Assembly: GCA_023128455.1 (NCBI GenBank)
Contig: JAGMDW010000040.1
Coordinates: 1 to 37,897, forward strand
Reading direction: 5' to 3'
Source: Desulfurellaceae bacterium
GTDB taxonomy: Bacteria > Campylobacterota_A > Desulfurellia > JAGGSF01
DNA: 37,897 bases
Below are positions 7,160-15,536 of this stretch, piece by piece. The position numbers and the translations under genes are program-made. Each line of letters opens with the position of its first letter. Positions within the stretch are counted from its first letter, which is position 1. Under the pieces are notes generated by a model. It was given only the letters and a program-made list of their open reading frames with translations, was not told the DNA's origin and did no database searches.

Positions 7160-7175
7160 GTAGTTGCAATATAAT
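7148..7175 (+). promoter_or_regulatory. sigma70-type promoter for the GH57 gene
   Basis: TTGTTT (7148-7153), 16-nt spacer, TATAAT (7170-7175). The ATG at 7182 follows 6 nt later (GACCCC), with no SD. Confidence 0.4.
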
Positions 7176-7181
7176 GACCCC

Positions 7182-9260
7182 ATGATTTATCTCTCCATAG
7201 TATGGCACATGCATCAGCCCTACTACAAAAATGATAGAGAACATACATATTTTATGCCATGGGTGAGATTACATGCCGTAAAAGACTATTACGATATGTT
7301 GATGATTGCCAGAGAAGAAAAAGTGAAGGTATCATTCAATCTCACGCCTGTCTTATTAGAACAAATAAAAGACTATACACAGAACAGTGCAAAAGAGATC
7401 CAAAACGAAATAGTATTGAAGGACACATCAATCTTAAACGAAGAAGAAAAAACCTATGTTCTCTCTAACTTTTTCCATGTTAACCATCGAGCAATTTCCG
7501 AATCCTTCCGTTATAGTCAGCTGTACAAAAAAAGACAATTACTTAAGAGCTCCGAAGGTATAACTTCCTCTTCCGGGTTTACCACACAGGACATAAGAGA
7601 TATCCAGATATTGTTCAATCTGGCATGGCTTGGAGAATACACAAAAAGAAAGGACGAAGAAATAAAAACTCTTATTATTAAAGAACGAAACTTCACAGAA
7701 CAGGACAAGAAAAGCATCTACAACAAACAGATGGAAATTATGAGGAGAATTATCCCTCTGTACAAAGAAGCATTCGCTGAAAAAACAATCGAAATATCAA
7801 CATCTCCATTCTATCATCCCATTCTCCCTTTGCTTATTGACACGAACATAGCTTCAGTTTGCTCACCAAATATTAAATTGCCATCTCGTTTTACCCATCC
7901 AGAAGATGCAAGAAAACAGATAAAAGAAGGCAAGATATTTGTAGAAAAACTCATGGACAAAGAAATACAAGGTTTGTGGCCTTCAGAAGGTTCGGTTAGT
8001 GATGAAACATTAAACATGGCAGCTCAAGAGGGATTTAATTTTGTCATGACAGGTGATGTAATATTAAAAAACACCTCTCCCTCAGCCACGCCTTATAGAT
8101 GTTACAAATATAAAGATTTGCCTCTCTATATTTTCTTCAGAGATACAGAGTTATCCGACAAGATTGGCTTCACTTATGCCCAAATGGATGAGAAGAAAGC
8201 AGTAGAAGATTTTATAAACACCATAAAAAGAAAAACAGCTGACATCGACAACCCTATAGTTAGTATTATATTGGATGGAGAAAATGCATGGGAATATTAC
8301 AGAAAAAACGGCTATCCTTTTCTTAAATTGCTTTACCAAAAATTAAACAAGGACAACGATATCATCCTCACCACACCATCCCAATATCTGCAAGAACATA
8401 AGGATGAAATCTTATCCCTAAATAATGATATATGGCCTGGTTCATGGATAAACGCAAATTTTAAAGTTTGGATTGGCGACGAAGAAGACAATAAATCATG
8501 GGAATTATTGAAGAAAACAAAAGAAGACCTAAAAGAAACATCAAAACAAAGTGAAAAAGAGATATACATAGCCGAAGGTAGTGATTGGAATTGGTGGTAT
8601 GGTTTAGAACATAGCTCGCAACAAGATCTTTTGTTCGATAATCTGTATAGAGTACACCTGAAGAATGCCTATCTCTTTTCATCAAAAACACCTCCATCTA
8701 TTTTAGGTGAACCTATAAAAAAATTAAGAACATTCATTGAACCGCAGAAAAAACCCACTGCATTTATCACTCCGACAATCGACGGGAAAATCACCTCTTA
8801 CTATGAATGGTTAGGTGCTGGTGAATACGAAGATATCCCTTTAACAATGCATCCTTCAACAAGGATAATAAAAAAGATGTACTGGTGTTTTGATGAACAA
8901 TTTCTTTACCTGCGTATAGATTGTTCCTGTAATTTAGAAGAAAAGACACTAAAGATCACCTTGACCGATGACCAAACACATAGAATAATTATAGAAGAAA
9001 ATAAGGTTATTGTTCTTCATTATAGCAAAGAAAACAAACCTATCAGCAAGGGAAAAGAAGGAATAAAAGCATGTGTAGGTGAAACAATAGAGATAGGCAT
9101 AGAAAGAAAATCATTCAACCTGAAAGAAAGAGAAATCATAACATTTTTTGCAGAGATAAGAAATAAAGATGAGCAGACAGAAGAACGTTTTCCCCGATGG
9201 GGATATATTCAGATAATCATTCCGGATAGTGAATTAGAAAGAAAGAACTGGATAGTATGA
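7182..9260 (+). CDS. glycoside hydrolase family 57 protein (alpha-amylase/amylopullulanase-like)
   Basis: The N-terminal LSIVWHMHQPYY motif, the WPSEGSVS region (candidate nucleophile Glu) and ILDGENAWEYY (candidate acid/base Asp) resemble conserved GH57 regions. I prefer the ATG at 7182 over the ORF-track TTG at 7164. Confidence 0.85.
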   Translation: MIYLSIVWHMHQPYYKNDREHTYFMPWVRLHAVKDYYDMLMIAREEKVKVSFNLTPVLLEQIKDYTQNSAKEIQNEIVLKDTSILNEEEKTYVLSNFFHVNHRAISESFRYSQLYKKRQLLKSSEGITSSSGFTTQDIRDIQILFNLAWLGEYTKRKDEEIKTLIIKERNFTEQDKKSIYNKQMEIMRRIIPLYKEAFAEKTIEISTSPFYHPILPLLIDTNIASVCSPNIKLPSRFTHPEDARKQIKEGKIFVEKLMDKEIQGLWPSEGSVSDETLNMAAQEGFNFVMTGDVILKNTSPSATPYRCYKYKDLPLYIFFRDTELSDKIGFTYAQMDEKKAVEDFINTIKRKTADIDNPIVSIILDGENAWEYYRKNGYPFLKLLYQKLNKDNDIILTTPSQYLQEHKDEILSLNNDIWPGSWINANFKVWIGDEEDNKSWELLKKTKEDLKETSKQSEKEIYIAEGSDWNWWYGLEHSSQQDLLFDNLYRVHLKNAYLFSSKTPPSILGEPIKKLRTFIEPQKKPTAFITPTIDGKITSYYEWLGAGEYEDIPLTMHPSTRIIKKMYWCFDEQFLYLRIDCSCNLEEKTLKITLTDDQTHRIIIEENKVIVLHYSKENKPISKGKEGIKACVGETIEIGIERKSFNLKEREIITFFAEIRNKDEQTEERFPRWGYIQIIIPDSELERKNWIV

Positions 9261-10564
9261 GTGTTCCTCAGGTCGCCATCGTAGGAAAGGCAAATGTAGG
9301 AAAATCTTCTTTATTTAACCTCCTCGTAGGAAAAAGGAAAAGCATAGTGATTAACATACCACACACCACAAGAGATAGGATTATCGATTATGGGGAAATT
9401 AACGGTAAAAATTTCATGTTTATAGATACCGGTGGTTTTTCTAAGCAGACAGAACTCTCTCCCTATGTCCTAAATCAGCTATCTATAAGTTTAAAAAGAG
9501 CAAATATAATAATCGTTTTATTCGATGCTACCCAACCCCCCACCCAGGAAGATGAAGAATTGATGGAACTGGTGAGAAAATACAATAAACCCATCTTACT
9601 TGTTGTAAACAAAATAGATGTCAAAAAAAGTCAGGAAAATATCAACGAATACTATAAATTTGGTGAAATTATACCTATCTCCGTAGCTCACAGAAGAAAT
9701 ACAGAGTTATTAGAAAAAAAGCTACTCTTCTTTGCTGAAGATAGAGAAAGAAGAGAAAAGATCTACACTGCAAAAATAGCAGTGATAGGAAAACCAAATG
9801 TAGGAAAATCAAGTATGGCAAACGCCATATTAAACGAAGAAAGAGTTAATGTAAGTCCATTTCCCGGTACCACAACGGATAGTATAGACACAGAATTTAA
9901 ATATGAAAACAAATCATATCTTCTCATAGATACAGCAGGCTTAAGAAGAAAAGGCAAACTAAAAGGAGAAATAGAAAAGATTGCCGCCCTACAAAGCATA
10001 CTATCTATAAATAGAGCAAACATTGTCACTCTCGTTGTCGATGCAAAAGAAGGGATAACAACTGAAGACAAAAAAATTGCCTCTTATGCCCAAAAATTAA
10101 ACAAATGCCTCGTTGTAATTTTAAATAAGTGGGATACAGTTGAAAAAAAAACAGAAACACTGCAAAAGACAAAGGAAGAACTCTTTTTCATAAGCTATGC
10201 TCCTATTGTTCATACTTGTGCTATAAAACGAAGAAATATTGGCAAACTTCTGCATTGGATAGAAAAAATAGTAGAAGAGTATAAAAAAAGAATATCTACT
10301 GCCAGATTAAATGAAGATATGCAAAAGGTGATCAAGAGATATCCCCCTTTTTCTAAAAGAGGAAAAGAAATAAAAATTAAATATATTACGCAAGCAAGTA
10401 TATCTCCGCCAACATTTATCCTATTCGCTACGAAACCAGAAGAGATTACAGAAAATTACAAGAGATATATCTTGAACAATCTATACAGATTATACAAATT
10501 TACCGGTTGTTCAATTCGTATAAAGTTTAAGAGTTCCAGGGCAAAATTGACAAATACAGATTAA
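9257..10564 (+). CDS. der: ribosome-associated GTPase Der (EngA), two GTPase domains plus a KH-like C-terminus
   Basis: Two P-loops (GKANVGKSS and GKPNVGKSS), two DTGG/DTAG motifs and NKID/NKWD motifs. Its start overlaps the GH57 stop (ATGA). Confidence 0.94.
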   Translation: MSVPQVAIVGKANVGKSSLFNLLVGKRKSIVINIPHTTRDRIIDYGEINGKNFMFIDTGGFSKQTELSPYVLNQLSISLKRANIIIVLFDATQPPTQEDEELMELVRKYNKPILLVVNKIDVKKSQENINEYYKFGEIIPISVAHRRNTELLEKKLLFFAEDRERREKIYTAKIAVIGKPNVGKSSMANAILNEERVNVSPFPGTTTDSIDTEFKYENKSYLLIDTAGLRRKGKLKGEIEKIAALQSILSINRANIVTLVVDAKEGITTEDKKIASYAQKLNKCLVVILNKWDTVEKKTETLQKTKEELFFISYAPIVHTCAIKRRNIGKLLHWIEKIVEEYKKRISTARLNEDMQKVIKRYPPFSKRGKEIKIKYITQASISPPTFILFATKPEEITENYKRYILNNLYRLYKFTGCSIRIKFKSSRAKLTNTD

Positions 10565-10576
10565 TATGATAAAAAT
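10547..10576 (+). promoter_or_regulatory. possible promoter for pyc, inside the 3' end of der
   Basis: Perfect TTGACA (10547-10552), then TGATAAAAAT (10567-10576) 14 nt later, which can be read as an extended -10. The pyc ATG at 10582 follows 5-6 nt later, with no SD. Confidence 0.3.
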
Positions 10577-10581
10577 AAACC

Positions 10582-13500
10582 ATGAGTAAAGAGATTAAAA
10601 AACTGCTTATAGCAAATAGGGGAGAAATTGCCATAAGAGTAGCCCGTGCTTGTAATGAGTTGGGCATAAGAACAATAGGCATCTATTCGAATGAAGACAA
10701 GTATTCTCTACACAGATTTAAAATGGATGAAACATACCTAATAGGCAAAGATAAAGAGCCTGTAGAAGCCTATCTCTCTATGGACGAAATAATTGAGCTT
10801 GCATTGCGAAAAGACATTGACGCTATACATCCAGGGTACGGTTTCTTAGCAGAAAATGCAGAGTTTGCAGAAAAATGCAGAGAAAACAATATAATATTTA
10901 TAGGCCCCGAACCGGAAACACTAAGATTATTTGAAGACAAATTAAAATCCAAAGAAATAGCCGAACGATGTAATGTGCCTATGATACCCGGTTCCAGAAA
11001 AGCTTTAAAAGATGTCAACGAGGCTGTGACCTTTGCTGAGAGCTTTGGTTATCCCATAATGCTCAAAGCATCCAAAGGTGGTGGTGGAAGAGGCTTAAGA
11101 ATTGTAAAAAGCAAAAAAGACCTCTTAGATAATTTTGAATCTGCAAAAAGAGAAGCAGGAAAGGCATTTGGCAGCTCAGATATGTTCATTGAAAAACGCA
11201 TAGAAAGACCCAGACATATAGAAGTACAAATCTTAGCAGATAAATACGGAGATGTTGTTCATCTCTACGAAAGAGACTGCTCTATCCAGAGAAGACATCA
11301 AAAGATGATAGAAATAACCCCTGCCAGGAACATCCCAGAAGATGTTCTTCAAAATCTATATAAAGATGCGATAAAGATAGCAAAAACATCCAATTATGTA
11401 AATGCCGGCACATTTGAATTTTTAGTGGGCGAAAACTTCAATTATTATTTCTTAGAAACAAATCCCCGCATTCAGGTAGAACATACAGTGACAGAAAGAC
11501 TTACGGGCATTGATATTGTCCATTGCCAAATACACATCGCAGAAGGAGAAAGATTAAATGGTGAAAAGATCAATCTTAAACAAGAGGATATAAAAAAGAG
11601 AGGTTGTGCTCTGCAGTGTAGAATTACAACAGAAGATCCGGAAAATAACTTCATGCCCGATACAGGTGTGATAGAAGCTTACAGATCACCCGCTGGATTT
11701 GGTGTAAGATTGGATGCAGGATCAGCCTACGGCGGCGCACGCATTACACCCTATTATGATTCATTGTTGGTCAAAGTAACCTCATGGGGATTAACATTTG
11801 AACAAGCAGTGAAAAAGATGATACGATCTCTAAATGAATTTAGAATAAGAGGCGTAAAAACAAATATTCCCTTCTTATTGAATGTATTGAGATCAAAGGT
11901 CTTTCTTGAAGAATACTTCTGCACAGAATTTATAGAAAGACATCCTGAATTACTCAAACTAAAAATAGGAAGAGACCGAGCAACAAGATTACTTTCATTT
12001 TTGGGAAATAATATAGTAAATAAACAAGAAGGTATAAAGATAAATGAAAATATCATATTGCCCGAAATAAAAAAGATAAACATAACAGATACAACTATTC
12101 CTAAGGGTTCAAGAGATATTTTAGAAGAAAAAGGAGTAAAGGGAGTAATAGAATGGATAAGAAATACAGGTGAGATTTTGTTCACAGATACTACATTCCG
12201 TGACGCACACCAATCGCTTTTAGCCACTCGCATAAGAACGCACGATATGCTAAATGTAGGAAAAGCTACATCCCGTTGGATGTCACAGCTCTTTTCAATA
12301 GAGATGTGGGGAGGAGCAACATTTGATGTTTCTTACAGATTCTTAAAAGAAGACCCCTGGAAAAGGGTAGAAGAGCTAAAAGAAAAAATACCCAACATAT
12401 TGTTTCAAATGCTGTTAAGGGGATCAAATGCTGTAGGATACTCCAATTATCCCGATAATGTTATTAGAGCATTTGTAAAAGAAGCTTCCTCCTGTGGTAT
12501 AGATGTATTCAGAATATTTGACTGTTTCAACTGGCTACCTCAGATGAAAATATCTATAGAAGAGGTAAAAAAACAAGGAAAAATATGTGAAGCCGCTATC
12601 TGTTATACCGGAGATATTTTAGATAAAAACAGAGAGAAATACAATTTAAAGTATTATGTAGATTTAGCAAAAGAATTAGAAAAACTGGATGTAGACATCA
12701 TTGCTATAAAAGATATGGCAGGTCTGTGTAAACCCTATGCCGCAAAAAAGCTCATAAAAACCTTAAAACAAGAAGTAGGAAAACCCATTCACTTTCACAC
12801 CCATGACACCAGCGGCAATGGGGAAGCATCTATGCTCATGGCCATTGAAGCAGGAGCGGATATTGTAGATGCAGCTATCAGTTCTATGTCAGGGTTGACC
12901 AGTCAACCAAATATGAACTCCATTATAAGAGCCATTGCTCACACCAAAAGAAAAAGTTCTATGGATAAAGAAAAATTAGATGAAATATCCAATTATTGGG
13001 AAAGAGTAAGAGCATATTATTATCCATTCGAAAGTGACCTTAAAGCATCAACAGCAGAAGTATACACCCATGAAATACCTGGCGGTCAATACAGCAACCT
13101 AAAACCACAGGTAACAGCATTAGGACTTATAGATAGATGGGAAGAAGTAAAAAAGATGTACACTGAGGTAAATTGGGCCTTAGGTGATGTTATAAAGGTT
13201 ACGCCATCATCAAAAGTGGTTGGTGATTTAGCCTTATTTTTGGTGAGAAACAATCTTAGTATAGAAGATTTTAGAGAAAGAGCGGATGAACTTTCCCTAC
13301 CTCAATCGGTAATGGATTTCTATAAAGGCTTATTGGGGCAACCTTATGGTGGTTTCTTCCCCAAAGGCATAAGAGGAAGGGTATTAAAAGGTGAGGCATC
13401 AACAGATGAGCGACCAGGAAAATTCTTGCCTCCATTTGATTTTGAAGGTGCAAATAAAGAATTAAAAAACAAATATAAAAGAGATTTCAAATTTCGTGAG

Positions 13501-14019
13501 CTTATCTCTTGTGCTCTTTATCCCAGTGTATTTGAGGATTATATGAACTTTAACGATGAATATGGAGATGTAACAAAACTTTCCACTAAAGACTTCTTTT
13601 GTCCATTAAAACATAATGAAGAAACAAGTGTAATTATAGAACCTGGGAAAAAACTATTCATAAGATTTATATCGGTGGGGCCATGCGATGAAAAGGGTGA
13701 AAGACCTGTATATTTCGAATTAAATGGACCACAACGTATCATAAAGGTAAAAGACAAAAAAACAGAAGTTTTGGTAAAGCAAAACATAAAAGGAGACCTT
13801 GAAAATATAAAACATATATGTACCACCATGCCAGGAAAGATAATAAGTATCAATGTAATTGAAGGTCAACATGTAGAAAAAGGCGATATATTAGCCACTA
13901 CAGAGGCAATGAAGATGGAAACAAAAATTGTTACCGTATGTGAAGGAACAATCAAAAAGATATATTTAAAAGAAAAAGAAAGTATAGAAGCAGGAGATCT
14001 AATTATGGAATTAGAATAG
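10582..14019 (+). CDS. pyc: pyruvate carboxylase (single-chain; biotin carboxylase + carboxyltransferase + BCCP domains)
   Basis: N-terminal KKLLIANRGEIAIRV (biotin carboxylase), the central TIM-barrel carboxyltransferase motif FTDTTFRDAHQSLLATR, and the C-terminal biotinylation motif EAMKME. Length 1145 aa. Confidence 0.95.
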   Translation: MSKEIKKLLIANRGEIAIRVARACNELGIRTIGIYSNEDKYSLHRFKMDETYLIGKDKEPVEAYLSMDEIIELALRKDIDAIHPGYGFLAENAEFAEKCRENNIIFIGPEPETLRLFEDKLKSKEIAERCNVPMIPGSRKALKDVNEAVTFAESFGYPIMLKASKGGGGRGLRIVKSKKDLLDNFESAKREAGKAFGSSDMFIEKRIERPRHIEVQILADKYGDVVHLYERDCSIQRRHQKMIEITPARNIPEDVLQNLYKDAIKIAKTSNYVNAGTFEFLVGENFNYYFLETNPRIQVEHTVTERLTGIDIVHCQIHIAEGERLNGEKINLKQEDIKKRGCALQCRITTEDPENNFMPDTGVIEAYRSPAGFGVRLDAGSAYGGARITPYYDSLLVKVTSWGLTFEQAVKKMIRSLNEFRIRGVKTNIPFLLNVLRSKVFLEEYFCTEFIERHPELLKLKIGRDRATRLLSFLGNNIVNKQEGIKINENIILPEIKKINITDTTIPKGSRDILEEKGVKGVIEWIRNTGEILFTDTTFRDAHQSLLATRIRTHDMLNVGKATSRWMSQLFSIEMWGGATFDVSYRFLKEDPWKRVEELKEKIPNILFQMLLRGSNAVGYSNYPDNVIRAFVKEASSCGIDVFRIFDCFNWLPQMKISIEEVKKQGKICEAAICYTGDILDKNREKYNLKYYVDLAKELEKLDVDIIAIKDMAGLCKPYAAKKLIKTLKQEVGKPIHFHTHDTSGNGEASMLMAIEAGADIVDAAISSMSGLTSQPNMNSIIRAIAHTKRKSSMDKEKLDEISNYWERVRAYYYPFESDLKASTAEVYTHEIPGGQYSNLKPQVTALGLIDRWEEVKKMYTEVNWALGDVIKVTPSSKVVGDLALFLVRNNLSIEDFRERADELSLPQSVMDFYKGLLGQPYGGFFPKGIRGRVLKGEASTDERPGKFLPPFDFEGANKELKNKYKRDFKFRELISCALYPSVFEDYMNFNDEYGDVTKLSTKDFFCPLKHNEETSVIIEPGKKLFIRFISVGPCDEKGERPVYFELNGPQRIIKVKDKKTEVLVKQNIKGDLENIKHICTTMPGKIISINVIEGQHVEKGDILATTEAMKMETKIVTVCEGTIKKIYLKEKESIEAGDLIMELE

Positions 14020-14024
14020 TTTAC

Positions 14025-14053
14025 TTGTAATATTTCTCCTGTTATGCTATAAA
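14025..14053 (+). promoter_or_regulatory. sigma70-type promoter for rpsB-tsf
   Basis: TTGTAA (14025-14030), 17-nt spacer, TATAAA (14048-14053), in the only large intergenic gap of the window. Confidence 0.4.
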
Positions 14054-14197
14054 ACAAGAAAAAATACACGCGCGGGTTACCCTGAAGGAGGCGGAAATAA
14101 GCTTGTTCCTGCGCGGAGGAAAATCCTGAAGGAGGTTCTTTATGACACAAATCAAAGATTTGCGCCGTAAAAACCTCTTGTTTTTTTGGAGGTTTTT
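14054..14197 (+). promoter_or_regulatory. structured rpsB 5' leader (candidate S2 autoregulatory/attenuator element)
   Basis: Four GGAGG motifs, two GCGCGG...CCTGAAGGAGG modules, an 8-bp GC-rich helix (14069-14076 with 14108-14115), and a helix pairing AGGAGGTT (14130-14137) with AACCTCTT (14172-14179) followed by a T7 run. Confidence 0.45.
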
Positions 14198-14201
14198 ATG
14201 A
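14142..14201 (+). CDS. candidate 19-codon leader peptide ([19 protein letters not shown]) coupled to rpsB
   Basis: GGAGG lies 6 nt upstream of the ATG at 14142. Its TGA (14199-14201) overlaps the rpsB ATG (14198-14200) as ATGA. Its initiation region is a near copy of the rpsB one. No conservation evidence is available. Confidence 0.3.
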   Translation: MTQIKDLRRKNLLFFWRFL

Positions 14202-14944
14202 CACATATTTCAATGAAAGCACTGCTGGAAGCGGGTGTTCACTTTGGTCATCAGGTAAAACGATGGAATCCACAGATGAAACCGTATATTTTTGCTGCCC
14301 GTAAAGGAATTCACATAATAGATTTGCAAAAAACTATTAACTACTTTGAGGCAGCATGCGAGTTCACAGAAAACATAGCGGCACAAGGCAAAAATGTTCT
14401 CTTTGTGTGCACAAAAAAGCAAGGAAAGGAAAGTATAAAAGAGTGCGCTGAAAAATGCAACATGCCGTATGTAAACGAAAAGTGGTTAGGAGGAATGCTC
14501 ACAAACTTCAAAACAATCCAAAAGAGCGTTGACAATCTAAACAAATTAGATGAGTTAGAAAAAGGAAGTGATCTAGACAAACTATCGAAAAAAGATGCTA
14601 AAAGAATCCTTAAAAAGAAAGCAAAGCTGGAAAAATATCTTGCAGGCATAAGAAATATGAAACAATTACCTGAAGCCCTGTTTGTTGTTGATGTAAAAAA
14701 AGAATCGCTTGCAGTACATGAAGCAAATATATTGAATATTCCCATTGTAGCTTTAGTGGATACAAACTGTGATCCCAATCATATAAATTACATCATTCCT
14801 GGTAATGACGACGCCATAAGATCAATAAAATTAGTTACCGATAAAATCACAGAGGCTATTATGAATGGTCGAGCCAAGATAGAAAAGGAAAAAGAAATAG
14901 AGGAAAAAATAGAAGAAACAAAAGGGGAGGAGTTGAATGACTGA
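14198..14944 (+). CDS. rpsB: 30S ribosomal protein S2
   Basis: [25 protein letters not shown] is the canonical S2 N-terminus. GGAGG lies 5 nt upstream of the ATG at 14198; the ORF-track TTG at 14186 would sit upstream of its own SD. Confidence 0.96.
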   Translation: MTHISMKALLEAGVHFGHQVKRWNPQMKPYIFAARKGIHIIDLQKTINYFEAACEFTENIAAQGKNVLFVCTKKQGKESIKECAEKCNMPYVNEKWLGGMLTNFKTIQKSVDNLNKLDELEKGSDLDKLSKKDAKRILKKKAKLEKYLAGIRNMKQLPEALFVVDVKKESLAVHEANILNIPIVALVDTNCDPNHINYIIPGNDDAIRSIKLVTDKITEAIMNGRAKIEKEKEIEEKIEETKGEELND

Positions 14945-15536
14945 GATTTCCGCGCAATCGGTCAAGCAGTTAAGAAATATAACTGGAGCAGGGATGATGG
15001 CTTGTAAAAAAGCGCTCCAGGAAACACAAGGAAACATGGAAAAAGCAATTCTTAAATTAAGAGAAAAAGGCTTAGCTGAAGCACAGAAAAAGACATCACG
15101 CATAGCAAAAGAAGGAAAAATAGGTTCTTACATACATTTTGGAGGCAAGGTAGGTGTATTGTTGGAGTTGAATTGCGAAACAGACTTTGTGGCCGGCACC
15201 GATGAATTTAATACACTTCTAAAAGACCTTACTATGCAAGTTGCAGCTATGTCACCACTGTATGTAAAAATAGAAGATGTGCCTCAAGACATAATAGAAA
15301 AAGAGAAATCCTTCTTTAAAGAACAATTACTAAAAGAAAAAAAACCTCCTCAGATAGTAGAAAAAATTGCTGAAGGAAAAATGAGTAAATACTTTAAACA
15401 AACATGCCTTTTAGAACAAACATTTATAAAGGATGAAAAAATAACAATAAAAGAACATATTGCTCACCATATCAGTAAATTGGGAGAAAATATTTCTGTA
15501 CAGAGATTTGCTCATTTCAAAGTAGGAGAGCTTTAG
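14937..15536 (+). CDS. tsf: elongation factor Ts (short form)
   Basis: The N-terminal UBA-like segment [19 protein letters not shown] and the [10 protein letters not shown] motif. It overlaps the rpsB stop by 8 nt. Confidence 0.95.
   Translation: MTEISAQSVKQLRNITGAGMMACKKALQETQGNMEKAILKLREKGLAEAQKKTSRIAKEGKIGSYIHFGGKVGVLLELNCETDFVAGTDEFNTLLKDLTMQVAAMSPLYVKIEDVPQDIIEKEKSFFKEQLLKEKKPPQIVEKIAEGKMSKYFKQTCLLEQTFIKDEKITIKEHIAHHISKLGENISVQRFAHFKVGEL

Noticed and set aside
7164-7181. ORF-track alternative starts and N-terminal extensions: TTG 7164 for GH57, TTG 14186 for rpsB, TTG 589 for atpE, and the extended starts at 3241 (hemL), 4842 (purC), 31311 (rplF), 32551 (rplE), 32787 (rplX), 33166 (rplN) and 29914 (rpmD).
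   Set aside because: In each case a downstream ATG gives the canonical family N-terminus. That ATG has a better SD or start spacing, or removes a long overlap with the upstream gene. The extensions are translations of upstream coding or SD sequence.
11754-12233. Long antisense ORFs inside well-supported genes. Examples: 159 aa at 11754-12233 opposite pyc, 145 aa at 14341-14778 opposite rpsB, 148 aa at 25514-25960 opposite rpsK/rpsM, 138 aa at 6530-6946 opposite the Fe-S gene, and 115 aa at 5480-5827 opposite the DHH/CBS gene.
   Set aside because: Their translations are low-complexity (rich in S, F, L, I), with no recognisable motifs and no SD-plus-start context. They lie entirely opposite strongly conserved genes. 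This is the typical shadow-ORF pattern caused by codon bias on the sense strand.
14069-14115. GC-rich inverted repeat after pyc, considered as a rho-independent terminator for pyc.
   Set aside because: The 8-bp stem encloses a 31-nt loop and is followed by AGGAAAAT rather than a U-run. It also lies downstream of the predicted rpsB promoter, so I treat it as part of the rpsB leader instead.
13866-14150. A 94-aa minus-strand ORF spanning the pyc 3' end and most of the pyc-rpsB intergenic region.
   Set aside because: More than half of it is antisense to the conserved biotinyl domain of pyc. It has no SD and its sequence is not protein-like. The intergenic part is better explained as the rpsB leader RNA on the plus strand.
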